Shown here piece after piece: positions 19,659 to 26,276 of a DNA stretch of 64,000 nucleotides (within the stretch, counting starts at the first letter, position 1; the number at the start of each line of letters is the position of its first letter). The position numbers and the translations under genes were made by a program. Where the stretch lies: sequence record OZ196285.1. One strand, written 5' to 3'. A model generated the notes under the pieces. That model saw only the letters and a list, made by a program, of their open reading frames with translations, was not told the origin of the DNA and ran no database searches.

Positions 19659-19727
19659 AAAGGCGGGGTCAGGACTCGAACCTAACGTGTAACCATTCCC
19701 ACCACCGAGAAAGTTACACCATGCTGA

Positions 19728-19943
19728 CTAGTAAGCCATGCTTTGAAGACGTTTCATTCGTTCTTTAAGCTCAAGATCTTCAAGATCTACCGCTTCGACT
19801 TTCACTTCTTCTGTATCAGGCTTTTCATCTTGTTTTGATTTGAGACCGATATTGTCCCACAATGGACTATTACGCCAGTTGTCGTTATAGCCATTGCCAA
19901 CGCCTCGACCTTGCCTTGCGTGTGATTTATTTGCTTGACTCAT
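19728..19943 (-). CDS. Hypothetical protein
   Basis: 71-aa ORF with a TAATG overlap. Confidence 0.65.
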   Translation of the reverse strand: MSQANKSHARQGRGVGNGYNDNWRNSPLWDNIGLKSKQDEKPDTEEVKVEAVDLEDLELKERMKRLQSMAY

Positions 19944-20170
19944 TATTCGTTTGACTTCTTCGTAACTTGTGAAGCAACAGCAGCAGTTGCACCCGCAGCA
20001 GCGACTTTAGCACCAGTCTTAGCAGCTTTACCCGCTTTCTTAGCACCAGATTTCACGCGATCAGACATTGAACGCTTTTTCTTTTCAGGCTTCTTCTTGT
20101 CATCGGAAGGCTTTTCGTTTTTCTCTTCTTCTAACTGCCCCATGAATTGATCAAATGTTTTGTCACTCAT
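19943..20170 (-). CDS. Lys/Ala-rich basic protein; candidate internal head protein
   Basis: MSDKTFDQFMGQLEE N-terminus; CTAAATA promoter at 20202-20208. Confidence 0.6.
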   Translation of the reverse strand: MSDKTFDQFMGQLEEEKNEKPSDDKKKPEKKKRSMSDRVKSGAKKAGKAAKTGAKVAAAGATAAVASQVTKKSNE

Positions 20171-20204
20171 TGTGAGTTTCTCCATTGTGTGTGTATGAGT
20201 GTAT

Positions 20205-20582
20205 TTAGAATAACTTTTCTGTTACCACTAACTCAAGTTCAGAACTCATTCGAGTTTGAGTTGGGTTCATCAAAATTTCATCAATAGAGAATCGAGCACG
20301 CTTATTTGACATGTTCAATGACATATCAAGCCAACGGTCGCGATTTTCATCAGTACCGAACCAACGACGCTGACCGCGAAGCTGTGGGCTGCTACGCTGC
20401 GAGAAGTCATTGACGATAGAATACACGTATCGACCGTGAATAACGATAGCAGACAAGTGTGTAGTCGTCTTAACGACATTCTTAACGATAGTATCAGAAT
20501 GACGCAACTCAAATAGAACAGTCGCGTCGGGCATCTTAGAAATGCGTGCAATTTTGGCAGGTGAAACGAATTTCTCAAACAT
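20205..20582 (-). CDS. Hypothetical protein
   Basis: 125-aa ORF with SD GAGGA. Confidence 0.7.
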   Translation of the reverse strand: MFEKFVSPAKIARISKMPDATVLFELRHSDTIVKNVVKTTTHLSAIVIHGRYVYSIVNDFSQRSSPQLRGQRRWFGTDENRDRWLDMSLNMSNKRARFSIDEILMNPTQTRMSSELELVVTEKLF

Positions 20583-20647
20583 GATTTATTCCTCTTTTGT
20601 TTTACTCAGCATCGCACATTACGACAGTTTTGTAAACCACAAAAACA

Positions 20648-20670
20648 AAAAAGCCCCAATTAAGGGGCTT
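20648..20670 (-). terminator. Terminator ending the tRNA/ncRNA transcript
   Basis: AAGCCCC-TTAATT-GGGGCTTTTTT on the minus strand. Confidence 0.85.
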
Positions 20671-20685
20671 ATTCGTGCAATAATC

Positions 20686-20877
20686 AGACATTCGTGAACA
20701 GTTTTAAAGTCTTTCGCATAAATCACATTTGACTTTCATGTTTAACGATACATGAATCCCTAACGACGAATCGTCAGTCGTGCCTTCGAGCGTATTGCTT
20801 TAAATCACCGAGAAAGCGGCTATGCGTTGCTCTATTCTTTTAAGTAAGTTTTGTTAGTTGGTTGCAGTACAATGTCT
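20686..20877 (-). ncRNA. ~190-nt structured RNA carrying the CWGCAA motif (element A)
   Basis: Closing helix AGACATT/AATGTCT, then GTA-CTGCAA; internal hairpins TTCATG/CATGAA, AAAGTC/GACTTT and GACGATTCGTC; no ORF. Confidence 0.6.
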
Positions 20878-20887
20878 TTTGCAAAAT

Positions 20888-20976
20888 TGGCGGAAGCACT
20901 GGGAGTCGAACCCAGAGAACGCTATTAACGTCCGACACCTTAGCAGGGTGCTGTCATACCATTAGACCATGCTTCC
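20888..20976 (-). tRNA. tRNA-Ser(GCT)
   Basis: Cloverleaf, long variable arm, G73, CCA. Confidence 0.95.
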
Positions 20977-20982
20977 GTAATG

Positions 20983-21059
20983 TGGTGCTCAACCCGAGAT
21001 TCGAACTCGGACGTTCTAGTGTTTGAAACTAGTGACTCTGCCAATTGGCCTAGTTGAGC
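20983..21059 (-). tRNA. tRNA-Leu(CAA), short variable loop
   Basis: Cloverleaf, loop TTCAAAC, CCA. Confidence 0.9.
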
Positions 21060-21065
21060 GATGTT

Positions 21066-21142
21066 TGGTACGCGTGGGCGGATTCGAACCGCCATCCCTG
21101 AGATTTTAAGCCTCATGCCTCTGCCAATTGGACCACACGCGC
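21066..21142 (-). tRNA. tRNA-Leu(TAA), short variable loop
   Basis: Cloverleaf, loop CTTAAAA, CCA. Confidence 0.92.
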
Positions 21143-21144
21143 AT

Positions 21145-21218
21145 TGGAGCTCGTACAGAGAATCGAACTCTGACCGTGAGATTTGCAATCTCCCATACTA
21201 CCGTTATACGATACGAGC
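21145..21218 (-). tRNA. tRNA-Cys(GCA)
   Basis: Cloverleaf, U73, CCA. Confidence 0.93.
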
Positions 21219-21233
21219 ATTAAAAATGTACTT

Positions 21234-21310
21234 TGGGGTGACCGACGGGGATCGAACCCGCATCTTCCGGAATCACAACCCGGAGGTATTTCCACTTCAC
21301 CCACAGCCAC
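21234..21310 (-). tRNA. tRNA-His(GTG)
   Basis: Cloverleaf, C73, CCA; base -1 is T. Confidence 0.93.
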
Positions 21311-21402
21311 ACCAAAGTACACTTCGGGACATATAACGTCTGTCAACCGGACTCATTTACGTGGGTCATTCGAGCAAAGCACAACTTTGCTAGTAAGTTT
21401 TC

Positions 21403-21630
21403 TTAACTGAGATAAATTCTATCAGGAGAGAGTTCGCGATTAAACATTTTTCTAAAGAAAATTGCAACGTCATCACTAGTGATATTCGACTCGATTTGTT
21501 GTGCAAGCTCAAGCACTTTAACGCGCTTATAGCCTTTACGCCAACAATCAAACATCAATCGATCCATTTGCTTCAATTTCTCGACTTGGTTCGAGTGAAC
21601 ATACTCGTGGGTTTCTAATAGCGAACTCAT
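21403..21630 (-). CDS. Hypothetical protein
   Basis: 75-aa ORF between tRNAs with a GAGA SD. Confidence 0.55.
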   Translation of the reverse strand: MSSLLETHEYVHSNQVEKLKQMDRLMFDCWRKGYKRVKVLELAQQIESNITSDDVAIFFRKMFNRELSPDRIYLS

Positions 21631-21650
21631 AATAAAAATCTCATAATAAA

Positions 21651-21724
21651 TGGTGTTCCCTAGTGGAGTTGAACCACTGACTCCTCTTTGTAAGAGAGGC
21701 GTATTCCCGTTATACTAAGGGAGC
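21651..21724 (-). tRNA. tRNA-Val(TAC)
   Basis: Cloverleaf, one acceptor-stem mismatch, CCA. Confidence 0.9.
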
Positions 21725-21729
21725 AGATT

Positions 21730-21805
21730 TGGAACGCGTAACGAGATTCGAACTCGTACTCTCGGTTTGGAAGACCGCAGTGCTACCGTTAAACACCATA
21801 CGCGC
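21730..21805 (-). tRNA. tRNA-Gly(TCC)
   Basis: Cloverleaf, U73, CCA. Confidence 0.93.
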
Positions 21806-21967
21806 ATTGTAAGTTAGTCAGACGCATTGAACAAGTCTTGAATTGCTTTCAAGTTGGTCAACTCTACTTCAAGTGTTCTTATAAAGAACGGGTTGGTCTC
21901 TATTGAGAGACGATATTCAACATCGCGAATAAATCGACCGATGTTGCCCTTGCTTAGTGTAAAGTAG

Positions 21968-22081
21968 TCATGCTTCTTTCTCTTCGTTTGAGGTTAGTAT
22001 TAGATGAACTTGTTCGTAAACTTCTTGCTCAATCAGCCATTGTTCGTAAACGTAGTCTGCATACAAAAGTGTTTCGTACAT
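21968..22081 (-). CDS. 37-aa acidic small protein (not in the ORF track)
   Basis: SD AGGTGA; MYETLLYADYVYEQWLIEQEVYEQVHLILTSNEEKEA. Confidence 0.45.
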   Translation of the reverse strand: MYETLLYADYVYEQWLIEQEVYEQVHLILTSNEEKEA

Positions 22082-22101
22082 ACTTCACCTATTTTAAAAT
22101 G

Positions 22102-22178
22102 TGGTGGTGACTCTGAGGTTCGAACTCAGTACCAGCGGCGTATGAAACCACGACTTTACCATCATAAGCTAAGTCACC
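22102..22178 (-). tRNA. tRNA-Met(CAT), elongator-like
   Basis: Cloverleaf, loop TTCATAC, CCA. Confidence 0.85.
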
Positions 22179-22321
22179 AAAGACGATATTTCTCATTTAA
22201 TCTGCACACGGGCTAGACACCATATTTTAATGGTCTGAGTGAAGAACCTCTGCACAACAATCCCGATCTAATTGCGTTATGTGGTGACTGTCACGAGGAA
22301 TCGTATCTTCAAATTAGTATC

Positions 22322-22530
22322 AGGCAATCGCGAAATGTTTTATCGTCTTTTGCATAAATCGCTATTGACTATCTTGTGTATTCTGTACAAGAACATATCA
22401 CATTTTCGCAAGTGAGGCTATCATATCATCACTGATATGCACGTCTTGTAATGCTTGAAGTGACACGTTTCCGCTCACCCGCACCAAGAGCCATCTTTGA
22501 GTTAGAAAGATTAGTTGCAGTACATTGCCT
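22322..22530 (-). ncRNA. ~210-nt multi-hairpin RNA carrying the CWGCAA motif (element B)
   Basis: Closing helix AGGCAAT/ATTGCCT, then GTA-CTGCAAC as in element A; at least five internal hairpins. Confidence 0.6.
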
Positions 22531-22573
22531 AGCGCACGTTTTAGCCGAAGCAAACGTGAACTCTAATTATGTG

Positions 22574-22649
22574 TGGCACGCCATATAAGATTCGAACTTA
22601 TAACCCCGAATTTAGAAGATTCGTGCTCTTCCAATTGAGCTAATAGCGC
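22574..22649 (-). tRNA. tRNA-Arg(TCT)
   Basis: Cloverleaf, CCA. Confidence 0.93.
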
Positions 22650-22726
22650 ATCATTAAGAATCGAACCATAAGATCTTGTGACACGATGGTAGTAAAGAGA
22701 GTGTCTATCTCATGTGTTCGAAAATT

Positions 22727-22801
22727 TGGTGGACCGTAAGGGACTCGAACCCTTAACTCCGCCTTGCAAGGGCAGTGTATTCCCACTTATACTAACAGCC
22801 C
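22727..22801 (-). tRNA. tRNA-Ala(TGC)
   Basis: Cloverleaf, G3:U70, CCA. Confidence 0.95.
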
Positions 22802-22807
22802 AAATTG

Positions 22808-23017
22808 TTATAACTTGACGACGTTAATAACTCTCCAAGAGAACAATCCGTCAAGATCTTCTGCCGACTCACCTGTACATGCAGAGAGTTCAGCAACAAC
22901 TTTCGCCTCGATTTCATCGACGCTTAGTGAATCATCTACGATATACGCTTCTTCGTTGTTATTACCACCGAACGCGCCATTAAAATCGTATTCACACCAT
23001 ACAGAAATGAATTTCAT
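22808..23017 (-). CDS. Acidic hypothetical protein
   Basis: Start moved to MKFISVW, because the longer ORF overlaps tRNA-Thr. Confidence 0.6.
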   Translation of the reverse strand: MKFISVWCEYDFNGAFGGNNNEEAYIVDDSLSVDEIEAKVVAELSACTGESAEDLDGLFSWRVINVVKL

Positions 23018-23041
23018 TATATATTCCAAAGTTGTAAAAAA

Positions 23042-23116
23042 TGGTGCACCCACTCAGACTCGAACTGAGATAGTCGGATTACAAAACCGATATAATTGCC
23101 TTTATATTATGGGTGC
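23042..23116 (-). tRNA. tRNA-Thr(TGT)
   Basis: Cloverleaf, CCA. Confidence 0.9.
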
Positions 23117-23119
23117 GTT

Positions 23120-23233
23120 ACTGAGTGTCGTTTATACCGCGTCTCCAAGACCTGAGCTACCAACTCAGCGTGAGATTCGAACTCACAACGTTTCTTGTAT
23201 CGAAAGAATTTAAAATTGCTGTAAACACTCAAT
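23120..23233 (-). ncRNA. Circularly permuted tRNA-mimic RNA (YrlA-like) with CAGCAA (element C)
   Basis: 9-bp closing helix ATTGAGTGT/ACACTCAGT, TTA-CAGCAA, canonical T arm GTGAG-TTCGAAT-CTCAC, then CTGAG/CTCAG and GTCT/AGAC hairpins; no anticodon arm and no CCA. Confidence 0.7.
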
Positions 23234-23239
23234 GGTATC

Positions 23240-23314
23240 TGGAAGGGCTAACAGGATTTGAACCCGTACTCCGAAAGTCAAAGTTTCGTATGCTACCAGT
23301 TACATCATAGCCCT
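23240..23314 (-). tRNA. tRNA-Gln(TTG)
   Basis: Cloverleaf, CCA. Confidence 0.92.
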
Positions 23315-23318
23315 ATTG

Positions 23319-23512
23319 TTTGTCAAGACATCTTACACGACGGCGTAAGTGAACGTTCTAATGGTTAGTTCAGAATCCACGTCATAATATTGATGCTATA
23401 TTCGCGCCACTATCTGCTGATAGATATGTTATGCATCATCTATGCAGACTCTTCTTGCGCTGTAAATTGCCTTCTTATGATATGAGACTGTCACTTCTCA
23501 AATCACGACAAA
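23319..23512 (-). ncRNA. ~195-nt multi-hairpin spacer RNA
   Basis: Closing TTTGTC/GACAAA plus four or more short hairpins; no ORF. Confidence 0.45.
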
Positions 23513-23513
23513 T

Positions 23514-23588
23514 TGGCGGTCCCGAAGGGAATCGAACCCTCATCTCAGCATAGACAGTGCAGCATAATTGCCATTATACGACGAGACC
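23514..23588 (-). tRNA. tRNA-Asp(GTC)
   Basis: Cloverleaf, G73, CCA. Confidence 0.93.
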
Positions 23589-23603
23589 TTTAAATTAAGT
23601 ACA

Positions 23604-23664
23604 GTAATCGTTTTAGTTTTTTTTCAAATAAAAAAAAATTTTAGTTTGTTTGCAGAATGATTAC
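23604..23664 (-). ncRNA. Minimal CWGCAA-motif hairpin (element D)
   Basis: GTAATC/GATTAC helix, ATT-CTGCAAAC, apical T8/A8 hairpin. Confidence 0.5.
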
Positions 23665-23671
23665 TTAAATC

Positions 23672-23747
23672 TGGCAGGGACGCTCAGACTCGAACTGAGA
23701 CCAACGGATTTGGAATCCGTCATGCTAGCCATTAACACCACATCCCT
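23672..23747 (-). tRNA. tRNA-Trp(CCA)
   Basis: Cloverleaf, CCA. Confidence 0.93.
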
Positions 23748-23756
23748 AAAATAAAT

Positions 23757-23830
23757 TGGTAGCCCCAAGCAGACTCGAACTGCTAACTAGCGATTATCGG
23801 TCGCACGTTTTACCTTTAAACTATGGAGCT
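23757..23830 (-). tRNA. tRNA-Ile(GAT)
   Basis: Cloverleaf; loop CCGATAA has C33. Confidence 0.88.
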
Positions 23831-23894
23831 AGAGTGTGCTCGAAAGCACACAATGTTAATCGGTTAAGTGACTAGCTCGACCAATGTAACATGC

Positions 23895-23987
23895 TGGAGG
23901 AAAGTAACAGAGTCGAACTGTCACCACGCTACTAACGCAGTGGGCTGGTTTTCAAGACCAGTTGCGAACCACATCGCCCTACCTTCC
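23895..23987 (-). tRNA. tRNA-Ser(TGA)
   Basis: Cloverleaf, long variable arm, CCA. Confidence 0.9.
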
Positions 23988-24001
23988 ATTCAATGAGTTG
24001 T

Positions 24002-24265
24002 CTACTTGTTACGACCCCACATTGTTTTATCAAATTGACTGAGATACTTTTCAACCGCTGCAACTTGTGCTGAAGAAACAACCCACTCATTATCGCGTGA
24101 TTTTGTTTCGGCAGGTGAGCGTAGTCTAGCTCCAAGCTTCTGCATAGCGTTTCTATGCTTCTCTCTGTCCATCGAACCAGATACTAATGATCCAGATACA
24201 CCGTATACAACTTCATCAGAAGCAGACTCGGCGATGAACGCGTCGAATGTTTTTAGTTCTTTCAT
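24002..24265 (-). CDS. Candidate internal head protein
   Basis: LKTFDAFIAES resembles the T4 capsid-targeting sequence; CTAAATA at 24291-24297. Confidence 0.6.
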   Translation of the reverse strand: MKELKTFDAFIAESASDEVVYGVSGSLVSGSMDREKHRNAMQKLGARLRSPAETKSRDNEWVVSSAQVAAVEKYLSQFDKTMWGRNK

Positions 24266-24305
24266 TGTAGTTTTCTCTTATGTAAAACTATATTTAGAAC
24301 GAATT

Positions 24306-24382
24306 TGGATGCGTGAGAGTGGATTCGAACCACTGACCTCCGGCTTATGAGACCGACGAGCTGACCGCTGCTCTACTCCGCA
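24306..24382 (-). tRNA. tRNA-Met(CAT), initiator-like body
   Basis: D arm and variable loop resemble tRNA-fMet; one bulged base in the acceptor stem; CCA. Confidence 0.8.
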
Positions 24383-24387
24383 ATTGT

Positions 24388-24582
24388 TTATTTGCTGAAC
24401 TGAACTATACAAGTATCTGATTGATACACTAGTGTGCCAGTTGCTTCCGCGTCTATCTGAACGATACAGCCGTTAGCCCCATCTTCACCGCGTGATGCTA
24501 CATCTTTTACTGAAATACCGCTTGCACAAGCTGTTAGAGATAGTGCAAGTAAAGCTGCCATTATAGCTTTCATGATGCTCAC
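24388..24582 (-). CDS. Small lipoprotein
   Basis: Signal peptide with lipobox LSLTAC; 64 aa. Confidence 0.7.
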   Translation of the reverse strand: MSIMKAIMAALLALSLTACASGISVKDVASRGEDGANGCIVQIDAEATGTLVYQSDTCIVQFSK

Positions 24583-24589
24583 CTTAATT

Positions 24590-24674
24590 TGGTGGGCGAT
24601 AGAGGAATCGAACCTCTCTTCCCGTTAGGGACACGGGGTTACAGCCCGCTACTCCACCTTGGAGCATATCGCCC
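24590..24674 (-). tRNA. tRNA-Tyr(GTA)
   Basis: Cloverleaf with variable arm, CCA. Confidence 0.93.
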
Positions 24675-24680
24675 AGGAAT

Positions 24681-24754
24681 TGGTACTCCGTACGAGGATC
24701 GAACTCGTTCCCTGATCTTGAAAGGATCATGACCTACCATTAGTCCAACGGAGC
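24681..24754 (-). tRNA. tRNA-Glu(TTC)
   Basis: Cloverleaf, CCA. Confidence 0.93.
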
Positions 24755-24884
24755 ATTGAAAAAATATTTGTTAGCAAACTAGCAAGTTATTTGACATAAT
24801 CATTTAACGGGCCCAGCTAGTAGGCTAACAGATACTCTTTCAAGAATCTAGAGATAGTTTAGCGACTTCTCAACGGTCGAAATA

Positions 24885-24959
24885 TGGTGGGTCCACAGAG
24901 ACTCGAACTCTGACAGAATGGTTAAAAGCCACATATGCTACCAATTACATCATAGACCC
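24885..24959 (-). tRNA. tRNA-Lys(TTT)
   Basis: Cloverleaf, CCA. Confidence 0.92.
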
Positions 24960-24965
24960 AGAATA

Positions 24966-25040
24966 TGGTGCACCCTCTCGGAATCGAACCGAGCACTGTG
25001 GGACTTCACTCCACCGCTTTTCCTGATAAGCTAAGGGTAC
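24966..25040 (-). tRNA. tRNA-Phe(GAA)
   Basis: Cloverleaf, atypical loop GTGAAGT, CCA. Confidence 0.82.
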
Positions 25041-25048
25041 ATCTAATT

Positions 25049-25123
25049 TGGCGCCTCATGTAAGATTCGAACTTACGACTCCCGAGTTAACAGCTCGGCA
25101 CTCTACCACTGAGTTAATGAGGC
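25049..25123 (-). tRNA. tRNA-Asn(GTT)
   Basis: Cloverleaf, G73, CCA. Confidence 0.95.
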
Positions 25124-25500
25124 ATATTCTTTTGCAAGGCGTGTTCTTCTCGATGACAGTTAGAGCAAAGCATTATACACTTCTCTAATTCAGCTTCAAT
25201 CAATTCCCAACGCATAGTATTGCCGTTCGAGATACCGAAGTCTTTGCCACCGGGTTCTACGTGATGAAACTCAAGAGCATCAATACATCTATCGTAGCCA
25301 CACCGTTCACAACAACCGCCCTTCGATTCAACCGCCCGCAACTTAGTGCGTCGTCGATAAGAAACGACTGCTTTCTTATTCTTTTCTTTACGTTCTTCAT
25401 CGCTGTACAGTCGTCTATGTTTTCCCATATACAGACCGCCACATTTGCGACTACAGAATTTATTAAGTGCATCAGCACCACAATTTAAACATTTGTTCAT
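25114..25500 (-). CDS. HNH endonuclease, free-standing homing endonuclease-like
   Basis: CxxC zinc fingers, CERCG...LEFHH...C..LCSNCHREEH. Confidence 0.9.
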   Translation of the reverse strand: MNKCLNCGADALNKFCSRKCGGLYMGKHRRLYSDEERKEKNKKAVVSYRRRTKLRAVESKGGCCERCGYDRCIDALEFHHVEPGGKDFGISNGNTMRWELIEAELEKCIMLCSNCHREEHALQKNMPH

Positions 25501-25633
25501 GAGTTACCCCTTTATTAAAAAGAAAGTAGCTCAAGGCATGAGATTTCGATCCGCCACATTCGTAAGTGAATGACTCTGTTACAGTGTTGATTAAGTTCTC
25601 GCGTTACTGAGAATCACAACACTGTCTTTAATT

Positions 25634-25710
25634 TGGTACGCAGAGAGAGATTCGAACTCTCAACTCACAGTTTCTAAAACTGCCGGCTCTGCCAATTGGC
25701 CTACCTGCGC
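25634..25710 (-). tRNA. tRNA-Leu(TAG), short variable loop
   Basis: Cloverleaf, CCA. Confidence 0.92.
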
Positions 25711-25740
25711 ATTATTCTTGTTTAGAACTTTCGTTCTTAC

Positions 25741-25933
25741 ATTGTACATGATGTTTTCATCGTTGTAAACATCTTTTTTGAAAAACTTTTCGTTCGTTTT
25801 TGAACGTTTAACTGCTTTTCTCTATTGTACATGATGTTTTCGTTGAAGTAAACATCTTTTTTAATTTATTTTGAAGAACTTAACGTTTTTGTTTCTATGC
25901 GTTAATTCTAACATCGCTCAGACAAGTGTTAAA
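25741..25933 (-). promoter_or_regulatory. Three tandem sigma70-like promoters
   Basis: TTTACA-17-TACAAT (25741-25769), TTTACT-17-TACAAT (25824-25852) and TTTAAC-17-TAGAAT (25905-25933), each with an upstream AAAAAGATG. Confidence 0.85.
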
Positions 25934-26010
25934 CATCTTTTTAGAAAAGATTTCGTTAAATTCTATCATCACGACAGTAGATAACGAGACACGGTCCTAA
26001 GCGTATCGTT

Positions 26011-26086
26011 TGGCATCCCACAGAAGATTCGAACTTCTAACCTGCGCCTTCGTAGGACGCTGCTCTTCCAATTGAGCTAGTGGGAC
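26011..26086 (-). tRNA. tRNA-Arg(ACG)
   Basis: Cloverleaf, CCA. Confidence 0.95.
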
Positions 26087-26094
26087 ATTAATAA

Positions 26095-26169
26095 TGGTCG
26101 GAGTAGAAGAATTCGAATCTTCACCGCTCGGCCCCAAACCGACTATGCTGCCATTAACACCATACTCCG
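26095..26169 (-). tRNA. tRNA-Pro(TGG)
   Basis: Cloverleaf, C1:G72, CCA. Confidence 0.93.
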
Positions 26170-26210
26170 AAAACACTTGACAACTAATGGGTTGTGATTG
26201 TCTAGTGCGT

Positions 26211-26256
26211 TTATTTGTTTATCATACTCTGTAAACAAAGTGTGTTAAACAAATAA
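26211..26256 (-). promoter_or_regulatory. Promoter flanked by an 11-bp inverted repeat
   Basis: TTTAAC-17-TATGAT inside TTATTTGTTTA...TAAACAAATAA. Confidence 0.6.
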
Positions 26257-26276
26257 TTTCTTTTTCTTTCGCCCAT

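Noticed and set aside
20940-21410. ORF-track entries overlapping tRNAs (for example 20940-21188, 21061-21336, 21113-21346; also 23125-23310, 23932-24135)
   Set aside because: They overlap clear tRNA cloverleaves and lack protein features.
22179-22570. RNase P RNA
   Set aside because: The conserved P4 sequences (GAGGAAAGUCC and AACAGAA..CGGC) were not found on either strand.
23895-23987. Long tRNA with TGA as tRNA-Sec or a suppressor
   Set aside because: The anticodon itself is TGA, which reads TCA (Ser), and the acceptor stem is a normal 7 bp.
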